From: Styela clava
Taxonomy: Eukaryota
NCBI RefSeq assembly: GCF_964204865.1
Contig: NC_135252.1
Span: 15,376,001-15,440,000 of the forward strand
Direction: 5' to 3'
DNA: 64,000 bases
In this document: one piece after another, positions 24,501-36,388 of the stretch
Numbering within the stretch: position 1 is the stretch's first letter
How the letters are laid out: every line of letters starts with the position of its first letter
Program-made: the position numbers and the translations under genes
The notes under the pieces: model-generated
Database searches by the model: none
Seen by the model: the letters and a program-made list of their open reading frames with translations, nothing else
What the model was told of the DNA's origin: nothing

Positions 24501-27500
24501 ATACCACTCATATTGAGAGACAAAGGGAAATGCGTATTAATCAATCGAAACCTCTGCGCGCAGATTTACGTTCCGAGTGGGATAATTATGTGCGATTAGC
24601 CTAACGTGGAGGCCGATGCTCCATCATCATCAATTTCTTGCACCTGAAACGAACAACCGGTCAACTGGTAACTACCCGACATGGACCGAAAACCAGGAGA
24701 GTGGTTGTGGTTTGTCATATCTCTTATCTTATACGGAGATAAACTCGCAAATAACATCCTATAATAATGAGTATTTCATAGAAGGTCTAACTAAAGGTAT
24801 TTAATCGCAAATGCACTTAAGTTTGTACGGAAGATTAAAAATAATAGGAAATTGTGTCAAAAAAGACAAATATTCGAATTCACGTATTTATCACTTCAAT
24901 GCTATCTCGTACAAGCATCCTTGTGACAGCCACATAAGAATCCAAAGGAGGAGGTAGATAAGGAGAAAGGACTCGCAATATACACAATATCCTAGTACTC
25001 TCTATACCGGCTACTTATTTAACAGAAAAAGTTTGCAAACAATGGAGTAAATTTGAAATGGAATTTTATATGTAATACTAGGCTAAAAATAATAATTTGC
25101 AAATATTTTCTGTTTGCTTACAAAAATAGTTTGAACAATATGGCGCAAGAAAATAGTTTCTAGTATATTCGTCGATCAGCACTCAAACTATATTTTTTAA
25201 CGAAATCAACTTTTCTGATTTAAATCTTCTATTATTAATATTTCGGTAAGACTGGTAATTATTGAGAATTGTTAGCAGAAAGTACCGATTTAGTTTTTTT
25301 TTCAGATTTCCGAATTTACGTATCTAAAAAGTTGCCACCCATGGAGTTTGTTTGTTTCAAAAAAGGTGTTTACACAATATGGCTTAAGAAAATATTTTTT
25401 TGTGTTTTCGTCAACCAGAAGCATTCAAAACTTGTTTTCAAGTTCAACTTTATTTTGACGTAAATCTGCTCATATTTTTATATTTTAAAAATCAGTATTT
25501 AGCAGCTTTATCTCAATGCTAATTATTACTAATACAAATACTAATTATTATTAGAAATGACTAGCAAAAAGTATCGACTAAAAATTACCCATGGCAAAAT
25601 ATGGCGCAACAAAAATTCTTTTCTCAATACGTAGCGTAACCGAATTACAGATGGCAGCGTATTACAGACGTGATTAATCTTGACAAAAGACAGATTGACA
25701 TAAATAGAAGGGATTTTTTCAAATGATCGAACCGGTAAAAAGAAATGCATTTGCAAAATATGGTGAAATAACATATTCTGTAGTCTTGTAAAAGCTGATA
25801 CGTCACGTTCAATCACGTTTAAATCGAAACATTCTTGGTTGGTCCCGTGATATCCGGCCGTGAAAATAAGCCAAATCATGTGAAAGCATTTCCATTATAT
25901 ATCTGGGTTTAATGAGGTCACGGCGTCTGAATAAATTTCAAACGCATGTGCAACAATGACCAGAAAACTTGAGTAAAATCCAGTTTTTAGGAAACCAATC
26001 GGTGCATAAAATGATTGTTAAAACCTCCGACTTTTATACCTGCGGCTGCTTTGTCAAGTGCTTGTTGGACGATGGATTCGCTTTCAGTATCCAATGCTGA
26101 AGTAGCTTCATCGAGCAACATAATCTTGGGGTCGCGAACTATCGCTCTTGCAATAGCAATACGTTGTTTTTGTCCGCCGCTCATTTGGCCACCGCTTTCA
26201 CCGACCAAGGTGTCAAATTTCTGAAAAAAATATTTTCAGTGAGGCAAGCGCGTGTATGGTGGCCCATCGTTGTCACGCGTAAAATTGAAAATAAAAATAA
26301 AATAAAAAACCGAAAATAAAAAAATAGTTGTGAAAAAACATAAAAATAATTGAAAAAAAAAATGATAAAAAAAATTAAAATTCGAAAAAAAAAAATTAAA
26401 AAAAAAAAAAAAAAATTGAATAAAAAGAAAATAAAAAGGTTGACAACGGTGGTCCGCCTCGTGGCCCATCGTTGTCACGCGTTTTTATTTTTAGAAAATT
26501 TGCTTCTGCTTGGGACCAACGTTGTCAGGCATAATCCTACGCGCACAAATGTGTTCCCTGGGTTTCCAACTCACTACTGATTTTTCTTGAGCAATATTCA
26601 ATATGAAAATGTTCTATAAATTTTCCATGCTACAAGTTCAACAAGAAGTAATATATTTATAACAATGATAACAGAATATAGAATTGAATACGAAAATTCG
26701 GAAAATTTGTTTTTACGTGTAGAAGGTAATTTAATTGGAGAATGCTGCTTAACTACTCAGTTGTCTGGACACTCGCGATGCCGGTACCGTACCGTCTTAC
26801 CAAATACCGGTAGTCGGTTATAGTCCCTTTGCGTCTGACCGTACCGGTAGCCATGCAATCACTCATGAAATAATGGAAGATACGGATAGTCTCGTAGAAT
26901 ATAGACTACTGAGACACTCTCTGCGCCTGCCCCATACCGTACAGCCGTAACGTACCGATCCAGACAAATGATAAATCGCCCGTGCTCAACCATTTATTTC
27001 AATCTATACCTCGATCCTAGTAGAATATAGTGAGTCGAGGTATGGATTGAAATAAATGGTTGAGCACGGGCGATTTATCATTTGTCTGGATCGGTACGTT
27101 ACGGCTGTACGGTATGGGGCAGGCGCAGAGAGTGTTTCTATATTTTATATTTCTATTTTCTATATTCTATTTTCTATATTCTATATTTTATATTTTATAT
27201 TTATATATTCTATATTTCTATATTCTACTAGACTATCCGTATCTCCCATTCTTTCATGAGTGATTGCATGGGTACCGGTACGGTCAGACCAATGACATTA
27301 AACAACATGATAGGCAACTCTGACGTCACTCCATAAGACTACATGCGAAAGATTGTATTTCATGATACGCTCTAATGCACATATTTCTCGTCGCATTTCG
27401 CGATCGTTTTCCAATCGCTTTTGCTACTCGGCGTCTTCTTTACTTGTAGTACCTGCCCTTTTTGCGCCTGTAACGAAAGAAAATAATCTCTATATCTAAG

Positions 27501-30500
27501 AAGTTTTGCTCACTTGGGAAGCTGGAATGGCAGACAAGCTGTAAAGAGTAATTCTAGACATCATAGACGTTTTTTTTATCAGAGAAGATTACAAATGCGA
27601 TAGCGTAAAGATTTGTGTGGAACATTTTGCAGATAATGACAAATTTCAAAGTTAGTAATTTTAGTGTTTGCGCTTAAACATTGAAATTTCATTTGAAGAG
27701 GGTGTCATACAAAACAGCAAAACTGTTTTTACTTCTCTTAACGGTGCTGTGATACAATTCCATAACACAAAGTTTGCACTTATCGAACTTGCTTTAGTAG
27801 GTGAATTTATTAGACATATTACATATTCAGTTAATCGTAGGTAACATTGCTGATACATAATGCCTCGTAGATAGGTTTGTGTCTAAATTTAGGAATTTAG
27901 CTCATAGCCCATTAATTAATATTATCTTCTATGCAGGAGGTTGCAGGGCTGATTCAACTTGCAGCCTTACCGATCACCTGACGATACTCATTTAGTTTGT
28001 CTCGAGCAAGTCTTCTTGAAAGACTTGTGTGAATAGAAACTACCTATACGTTTTGCCTTCCTCCGATTTTAGAAGACAAATTTATTCTGAGGGATTTGGC
28101 ATATAATTCTCATTGATTGTTGGGTGTTTATAATTCGTATTAATTGTGATTTCTGATTATAACAAAGAGTTAAAAAAAATTTTCAAGTAATTTATGGGCA
28201 CCTTTTTCTTGTCAATACTCCAAGCTGAGGCAATAAGCAAGACAATACATTTATTTTAGCTGGAAGCAAAATATGCACACTAATTAAAAGTTTGACACAT
28301 TGAGATAATACATTATGACAGAAAATACAAGTTAAAGATATGTATGACCATCACATGGTAATTGAAATTAAAAAAAAATTAATAGAGGCTGAGGAGTATG
28401 AAAAGTTCAAGACAAAGAAGAGAACAAAATTTCATAGCTCATGAACTCTCAATTTTGCCTCCATTGCTTTGTGAAGGCCAATATATTCCGAGTGGCTGAA
28501 TTGGTTTACCTTTATGATAGCAACGATTTTGTATTTAATATAGCGAGATTTTTTTCAATTTAATTGAAGTGATATTATTTCACAAAGCAATGCTTGAATC
28601 GTCTAGAATAGATCAGTGGTGTCAAACTGTCAGTGGTGTATTTTTTAGATAGTTTTAGTTTGTGACATATATTGTGATGCAATTAAACAATTGGATTAGG
28701 TTTTATTATTTTCTTTAATTTCAAATGCAATTACATATTAATATTTGCATTCCACTATTATTGCAAGTTATTGTATTTATTACAAAAAAATCATAAAATT
28801 CCATGTACAACCATCAAAATCATTTTTGAACGTATTGACTGCTGAGCTTATTGTGTTTTTTCATTGTACGGATGGAAATATGAGAAATTAATATGACACA
28901 ATGTGCTTCAGAATTTTGTGAAATGCAGAAATATTGCAACTCCCATTTTCTTTGGAAATGCCACCTTCTTCATGTACTTTGCGTTTAATTTAATCAATCA
29001 AATGTTTTATTCAAGTATTCTTTCGCTAGCTTGATGTTAACAAAAAAAATTAATTTTTCAAAACTTCCTTCAGTAAATTGTTTTCTGTGTGAATATTCAA
29101 TTTCACTTTGAAAGGTTTGAAAAATCTATTACATTTAGATAAAAAAAAAACTTCCAAAATACTATTACAATTATTGTTAAGCGTTCGAGGGCCGCACTGG
29201 AAGTTCTCTGGGGCCGCGAGTTTGACATCCCTGGTCTAGATTGAAGCTGTCCAAAATATATAACAGTATTTTATCATAAATCATGATTATACCCTTTCCT
29301 GAATTTCTTCTATAGTACTACCAAAAGTTGATGAACCAAATATTACACAGGTGTAGTCAGTGACCCGTAATCCTCATTCTTCAAAGCTGTTTCAAGTATG
29401 TCTGGCATGTTCTGTGACTTTTTACAAATAAGACCGCTTATGTAATTTACGCTTTGGAATTTTTAGTTATTTCCCTCAAGCCCTGCAGGATGTAGGGGCT
29501 ATATACACAACTTTACCGAAGGGTCAAATTTCTTTGAATGCCTCCATAGGTTGTTCTTCTATTGCAAACATTTATGGAGTATTCTAATCATATTTCTTGG
29601 AATCACACTGTCACTGATATGTCGCCAGACCCCTTCTGCTATAGTTGTCCTGTGAATAAATAATAGGAAATTGAGACTAAACGAATAGTTGAAAGTTTTG
29701 CTTTATGTCGGCTTAATTTTTTGATTGATATACTTACTATATTTGCTATTGCCTCTTGTGCTGCAGGAGTCTCACAATGCTTAGACAGGTTTGTCCACAA
29801 CTTTCACATTTAAAGAAAGAGAGGAGATTTATTAATTTTCGTTAAGAATAAATAAAGCAGTCTATATGATTTAGAATGGAAAAGCTAATAAATCCAATAT
29901 CCCATGTTTTATGTAAAAAATGTTTTACTGAATTTGGTATATAAACCAACTAATAAAAGGGTTTGGTCAGAAAATTACAAGCATTCGTGGCTCCAAATAC
30001 TTGAGAGATCAGACTATACAATATAGACCGGCATGAGTGACATGTTAGGTGAACTTGTTAACACTTTGATTCAATACGCAAATAAAAGTGAATGCGCAAT
30101 AGTATGTTACAATGAACAGCAATCAGCAATGAGTATATATCCTCACTGATTAAAAAAAATATAAATGGAGGTGCATGAACTATTTGAAACCATAAGGGGT
30201 AAGTAAATATGCAATTTCGGCAAATGGGCAACTACGTACCGTACTGAATTAATAACTTCGTAGTATTTGACAAAAGCTGGCTTTCCCACATGTACTTAAC
30301 AGTGCGATGCCCGGGTGTGATATGCAACAATAGTATTTACCTTACTTTCTTCCGATTTCTTTTTACCTTCAATTTTCCAAATATCATTAAAAACCACAAC
30401 AACTGTCAAAGCAGACCCGAACACCATTCGTGCTATGCCTTGGAAGCAGTACACATCCGCTCGTTTTCGTCTCGTCAAGTATGTGCATTGGAGCGTGCTA

Positions 30501-33500
30501 TCGGATACGATCTTCGGCCAAAAATGCCGGAGTTGCGCATCATGTTGTTTAATGTCATTGGTCAGACGGTACCGTACCGGCATCGCACGAGTGTCCAGCC
30601 AACTGAGCAGTTAAGCAGCATTTTCCAATTACCTAAATTACCTTCTACACGTAAAAACAAATTTTCGTATTCAATTCTATATTCTCTTATCATTATTATA
30701 AATATATTGCTTGTGGTTGAACTTGTAGCATGGAGAATTTATAGAACATTTTCATGTTGAATTTATTGAATATTGCTCATGAAAATCAGTAGTGAGTTAG
30801 AAACCCAGGAAACACATTTGTGCGTGTAGGATTAAGCCTGACAACGTTGGTCCCAAGCAGCATCAAATTTTCTGAAAATAAGAACGCGTGACAACGATGG
30901 GCCACAAGGCGGACCATCGTTGTCAATTTTTTTNNNNNNNNNNNNNNNNNNNNNNNNNNNNNNNNNNNNNNNNNNNNNNNNNNNNNNNNNNNNNNNNNNN
31001 NNNNNNNNNNNNNNNNNNNNNNNNNNNNNNNNNNNNNNNNNNNNNNNNNNNNNNNNNNNNNNNNNNNNNNNNNNNNNNNNNNNNNNNTTTTTTCACAACT
31101 ATTTTTTTATTTTCGCTTTTTCATTTTATTTTTTCATTTTTTTTTTAATTTTACGCGTGACAACGATGGGCCACCATACGCGTGACAGATGACGAAGCAA
31201 TTTCAACTATTGTTAACTTGTTCAAATTCGAACGCTGTTATAAAAATATTTGATAGGAGATGACAAATACCTTACATAATTCATAATACCCACCTTAGGA
31301 AGAACGTTGATAAAATCGAAGGCATTAGCTTGCTTTGCAGCTTTTATAATTTCATCCTCAGTTACTCCTTCTCTTCCCCATCTTATATTTTCACCGATCG
31401 TGGTGTCAAAAAGTATAGGTTCTTGTGCCACAACTCCTATTCTGTCTCTTAACCATTTCACATTCAACTTCTTAATGTCATTTCCATCGACCAAAATATC
31501 ACCCTTCTATAAAAATAACTTCTATTTATTGTAACTGTTCAATCGAAATTGTACATTTGGGTTGAAAAAACTGTTAGTTGTGCCACACTCATTAAATGTA
31601 AAACTTTCATGTATACAACTTTTCCATATGATATTTCTTAGCTAAAAACCTACGAAAACATTTGATTCGATTCTCTAAAACAACTTTATAGCCAGCACTC
31701 ACCACAATATCATAGAATCTCTGAATCAGACTGACGGATGTACTTTTACCACAACCGCTCTGTCCCACCAATGCAACCGTTTGACCTTTTTCCACAGTGA
31801 AACTTACTCCTTTCAAGACCTTGAAATAATAATATAATTAAAATAGCTGATATCCTAAAAAGAGAAAACACAAAAATATGCCTTATTAATACAAACAGTA
31901 CAATTTGAAGCCATGGTGTGTTTTGGCAAAATGGTCACAAAATGGTTAGGAAAAATTAATCGTTGGAAATCTTCCGAAATACTCGGTGCGGTTAATACTC
32001 GATTACTACGATTTGGTCGAATCAAACTGTGTTATATGATTGAGTTTGAATAGCCTGGATAAAATAATTAGTTTAGATTTTTAGAAATGATTTACCAGAT
32101 ATTTTCATGGTTAGATATTAATACTACGGAAGTATTTGTTAGGTCTTGTTTTTATTCCAGTATGGCGCCATATACGCGTGAAACCCTTCTCCAAATTCTT
32201 CAAAAGCGAAAACATTGTATTCATTGATTACTTATATTCACATGACCAAAATCGTAAAAACTGGTTGCGCAAAACAACATTAAAATGTGATATTCTCATA
32301 ACAAATACTTTTTTGATATTGAATGAAGACATACATTGGAAAAATGACGTTGAAAGGGTCACGTGAAAACGAGTAGGAAAGTACACAATTGGAATAAAGG
32401 CAGACGATACATCCAACACAATTGATTGTAAGCCATAGCGGTCATAACAGGACGTAAAAGTATCACGTGGTCATTCTAATTCTTACACGTCAAAATGGAG
32501 ATGATTTATGAACCGCTATCAGCGATAAAAAGAAAAGAAATCAAATACTGAATATTCCATTGAAACGAAATATTTTTATATGATTTTAAACGCCGTTGAA
32601 CACACTTTAACACGCCTAGTTCTAACACATACCTCCACTTCCGCACGGGAAGGATAACTGAATCGCACATTCTTGAATTCAATTTCCCCGTTCACATTTT
32701 TAGGTTTTTGCCCTTTATCTGAAAATACGTCGATTGGGGGTATTCGATCAATCACGGCAAAAACTTTCTGCCCGGCAGCCATGGCAGCAGAAAAGTATTC
32801 CATGTTGCTTCCGGACTGTGAAATAGAATGCAAAAGAACAAAATTAAAAACGCTGTAGAAAACATGTACACAAATGTCGAGCTGAATTTGGGCGCTCTAT
32901 GAAAGTTGTCACCATAGAATTTACATTGCATTTGAACATGCATTATTTTACTGTAATACTAAGATACGAAATACTCGCCGCCACATCCTTGCAATATATT
33001 ATTCAAGGAGTTTTTTGGTCTTATCATGAGATTTTGCTAAAACTTACCTTTTTTGTTTTATTTTTTGATGAGAGGACTCTAAATTATTCCCAAAATTAAG
33101 AACTTATTATGGTGAATATAACTAATTCCGAATCGTTTGGTTTGAGACATATATGAAACCGTCAGTGATAAACGTATATGAATTCCGATTTAGGAATACA
33201 GTCGATATAGCATGGATGTCACACATGAGTCCTTACCGTTCCCAAACCAGAAGCAGCAATCAGGATATTGAAGAAGACGACCATCATATCACCGGGGCCA
33301 AGAGGATCGTTTTCATCGATGACCAATGTAACTCCATACCAGAAAGTTAAAGCATACATTCCAAACATGGTAAAATATAGAAAACCGATACTTGCGCCGG
33401 AAATCACGCCTTTTTTAATTCCCATTGCTTTGGCCTCACCAAGATTGTCACCATATCTGAAATGTGGCAGAAAAACTATAGGCTAGAATTTTTTTTATTC

Positions 33501-36360
33501 AGACGTGACGCGCACTCATGAAGCCCACATTACTGTATAAAGGTCTCTGTTTATTATAGAATTTTCATATTTCCAAAAACTACTAACCGTTTAGCTTGCT
33601 CTTCTTGGATCCCAAATGCCACAACTGTGCGGATGGATGATATCGTTTCTTCCGCGATTGAACCCGCGTTTGCATATGCATCGAGTTCAGCCGTAGTATA
33701 TTTAGTGGTCAACTACAAATAAAAAAGAAAACCAGTGGCAATATGTTTGTAATTCTTCCACACTTGGTTGTAAACAATGGTCGTTAGAAGCAGCCACTTA
33801 GACGCATGAAGGATAATTCCGTTTCTCAATTTATAATCTATGGCTGAGATAGTGAGTTTGATCTGAACAAAGCGCTGGTCATTCACAATTTACATTATCA
33901 AGGCCAATTTTTATATACCAAGATCCATCTATATTGTGCATTGTGACGAAACTCACGGTGAAAATCAATGCTGACGATACGATCAAGAATGGCGATATAG
34001 AGAGAGCAACCAGAGATAGTTTCCAAGAATAAATGAATGCAATGAGAAAACCAGCCAGCACCATGCACACATATTGCACTGTTAACGATACTTTGTCGGC
34101 CATGCCGTCTTGAATCTTTTTGACGTCACTAGAAGCAAGAAAAGAACATGTGGTAAGCGGTGTAGTTGTGATTGCACCAATGAAATGGCATCGTGCCTCT
34201 GCGGATGGGGTAAAAAATGCTCTTGTGAGAGAGATGAACTCATATTTCAACTGTCAATCATGGGTGAACATATATAGGTGTATTCCGCATAAAATAACAG
34301 AAAAAAAACTTACTCGGCAAGTCTTGCATTCAATTCTCCGGAAGAAGTCACGTCATGATATCCAATGTCTTGTCTGAGAATTGCTCTAACATAAGCTACG
34401 CGGATACGCTTGGATTGTCTGAAACAGAGATTTATATTACTAAAATGTATTGCAGAAAAAGCATGATAATTGAAAAGTACGAATATGACCAATCACTAAC
34501 TTGATGATTCTTCACCTCAACTTTGAAGTGTTGAGGCAAATATTTGAAACTAATGGAAATCACAACTTTATCTGCATTTCATAGTATTACATTGAGCATC
34601 TTGTGATCATCGTTCATTACCCTTATTGACATGAAGCCCATCTTCGGAAATAGCAATTTGAAATGCGTTCAAGGTACAAGAAGCATTCACTCGTGGTAGA
34701 AAATCATAGCAATAACTCGTAAAATAATATATAAGCTTGTAAACAAGGGTTTAAAGACAAATTCAACATGATTGTCTATGGCCGATTGCATTGATACTCG
34801 ACAAGATTTTTCAATAATGCGTTTACTTACCGTACTGCTTGGTAGCAGAATGTGCTCACTTGCAACGTTGCACAAACAAATACCCCGCATGCTATGTAGA
34901 CGAAGTAAAAAACATATTTCACCGAATTTCCAGTTAGATCATGAGCCTCGGCACTGTCTATATCAAAATCTCTGAATATGAAAATATGAGGTGTAATATC
35001 GTGCGTATATTTGACTAAACAAAAAATTCATTTTAGGGGGGATACATTTTTCAAATACAGTTTATTGTGTGCAATTTTCATAATGAAAAGCAAAGTAAAC
35101 AAGAGAGCTATGTGTCAAAGAACAACAAGAACAACAAAACGATCGTTATGTCCACCAAACGTGTCCAATTACGAAATCAAAAGCAAGGAGACCCAAGAAT
35201 AAATGAGTTCATAACTTTCAAGCTCATAACGTTAGGCGAACTGGCTTGACATTTGTTCCTGTGTCATGACTAAAAACAAGATCAAAAGGGGTTCGTTACT
35301 CAAACAGATCAACAGCTACATATGATACCATTTGAAAAGTATATAATAGATACGAATTACGTTGATGAGCGCTTATTTGTTACAACACAGTCGTAGGAGT
35401 GTTTAATTTAGATTTTAGACCTCCCATATTGACGTCACTCCTTTTACCCAGGAATGTGTGCTCCGCAGTCGGGGATATTAAAATCGCGCCTATTCGAGCC
35501 ACAGAAGCTCTGATATAGCCTACAATCTACATAACGAAAACTGATTACAATTGTTAAGATATATTTGTTTGGACGACTGAAACACTTACTCTTGTGTTCC
35601 GTTGTACAAGAGAAAATCAACGCATGTTTGATACGTGAAGTTGCAGGCAGCATATTTACCAAACTCGGTAAAACTATTGGTGAGATCCCCGAAGAAGACA
35701 AATAGCAACGGTAAACAAGAACCATGAATTGTTGCTGCCAGCAAACCGATAATCACCAATAAGTAGTCCAATCCATCAGCGAATCGGTACTGAAAACCAT
35801 TATAGAGTTGAAAAGAAAAGTAATTTAAACTCAATGTCATAATGCATGAATTTATGAGTAATGCACAGAAAATATGATACACCACTCAACAAGAATATCC
35901 CAATATCGGTAGTAAAGAGAGCACTATCCTCAATTTTCAGGCGTTTCATGAACAAGTGGATTTTTAAAAAGCAGCAATAGACTGTCATTGTAACGTTCCC
36001 AAGAAAGTTGACAAAATATAAACAGGTTTGGATAAAACATTACACAGGCCAAGTTATATAACTTGGTCACTCGAGAAATTATTGGTGTAGAAGGGGTCAC
36101 GATGATATTTACTCCTGGCGGTTAAATGCTTATTATTCGTGACTAAACGAACAGTTTTTATGCATTATTCGCGATATGCCATTAATCACTTATAATATCA
36201 GAAGATTTTATGTAACGTTATCAAATTGTATAAAAATAAAGTTTCTAACCAGTTTGTAATAAGGCACAGTTGGAATTGGCTCATTTTTCTTAATTTCCGA
36301 ACTCGAAGATTGGCCACCATCACGCGAGGTAACAGGTTTAGGTTGCGTAGCTTCCCCCAT
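15589..36360 (-). CDS. ABCB1: ABCB1/P-glycoprotein-like full ABC transporter, copy A (26 coding exons, ~1293 aa)
   Basis: Exons 36360-36250, 35789-35590, 34971-34831, 34418-34314, 34128-33957, 33712-33588, 33456-33237, 32815-32633, 31819-31703, 31506-31294, 26220-26040, 24403-24206, 23625-23504, 22949-22853, 22530-22352, 21836-21626, 21440-21291, 20904-20799, 20732-20592, 19809-19653, 19210-19013, 18083-17971, 17307-17214, 16939-16793, 16496-16327, 15619-15589. All introns are GT-AG and the total of 3882 nt is divisible by 3. Two TMD-NBD halves with GQSGCGKST, (M/L)[23 protein letters not shown] and IAHRLST. Exact ABCB1/4/5 orthology cannot be resolved. Confidence 0.93.
18445..18999. mobile_element. 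hAT/Charlie-type non-autonomous element
   Basis: TIR CAGTGGTTCTCAAA / TTTGAGAACCACTG; flanks AATTAATA / AGTTGATA (6/8); absent from the homologous intron of copy B. Confidence 0.85.
20117..20371 (+). mobile_element. Helentron/DINE-1-like (HINE) non-autonomous fragment
   Basis: 5' hairpin TACTTATCGA-ttttaa-TCGGTAAGTA, then a (TGTT)n microsatellite and a CGATATCTC...CTATTGATTTTGG core, the typical HINE layout; absent from copy B. Family assignment is by recalled architecture. Confidence 0.5.
26833..27289. repeat. Nested near-perfect palindrome (foldback/MITE) interrupting the left TIR
   Basis: Inner arms 26914-27014 and 27035-27135 (101 bp, 1 mismatch, 20-nt loop). Outer arms GTCTGACCGTACCGGTA...TACCGGTACGGTCAGAC. 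One arm has a CTATATT-type microsatellite expansion at ~27138-27225. Confidence 0.9.
28614..29233. mobile_element. hAT/Charlie MITE nested in the long-TIR element
   Basis: TIR CAGTGGTGTCAAAC / GTTTGACATCCCTG with GGGCCGC subterminal motifs; flanks GAATAGAT / GTCTAGAT, the latter matching the Charlie NTCTAGAN target. Confidence 0.8.
30934..31087. other. Assembly gap (154 N)
   Basis: The N run lies in the T-rich part of the right TIR; its mirror image is the A-rich tract at ~26330-26435. Confidence 0.98.
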
Positions 36361-36388
36361 GCGTGCTTCTTCGTTCTTGTTTTCCTCA

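Larger units (their letters stand above)
26255..31178. mobile_element. 4.9-kb long-TIR DNA transposon, IS3EU-like, decayed/non-autonomous
   Basis: Ends TATGGTGGCCCATCGTTGTCACGCGT / ACGCGTGACAACGATGGGCCACCATA. Perfect 6-bp TSD CGCGTG at 26249-26254 and 31179-31184. TIRs of ~600 bp (26255-~26800 plus 27287-~27390 versus ~30475-31178). Single-copy empty site CACGCG in paralog B at ~51939. TAY..RTA ends with a 6-bp TSD is the recalled IS3EU signature. Confidence 0.8.

Noticed and set aside
26236-26580. Poly-Lys/poly-Phe ORFs (also 30888-31192)
   Set aside because: Translations of the A/T tract and N gap in the TIRs.
27580-27650. KICVEHF resembling a THAP zinc-finger end
   Set aside because: Too short, and no upstream CxxxC/W motifs in an open frame; insufficient to call.
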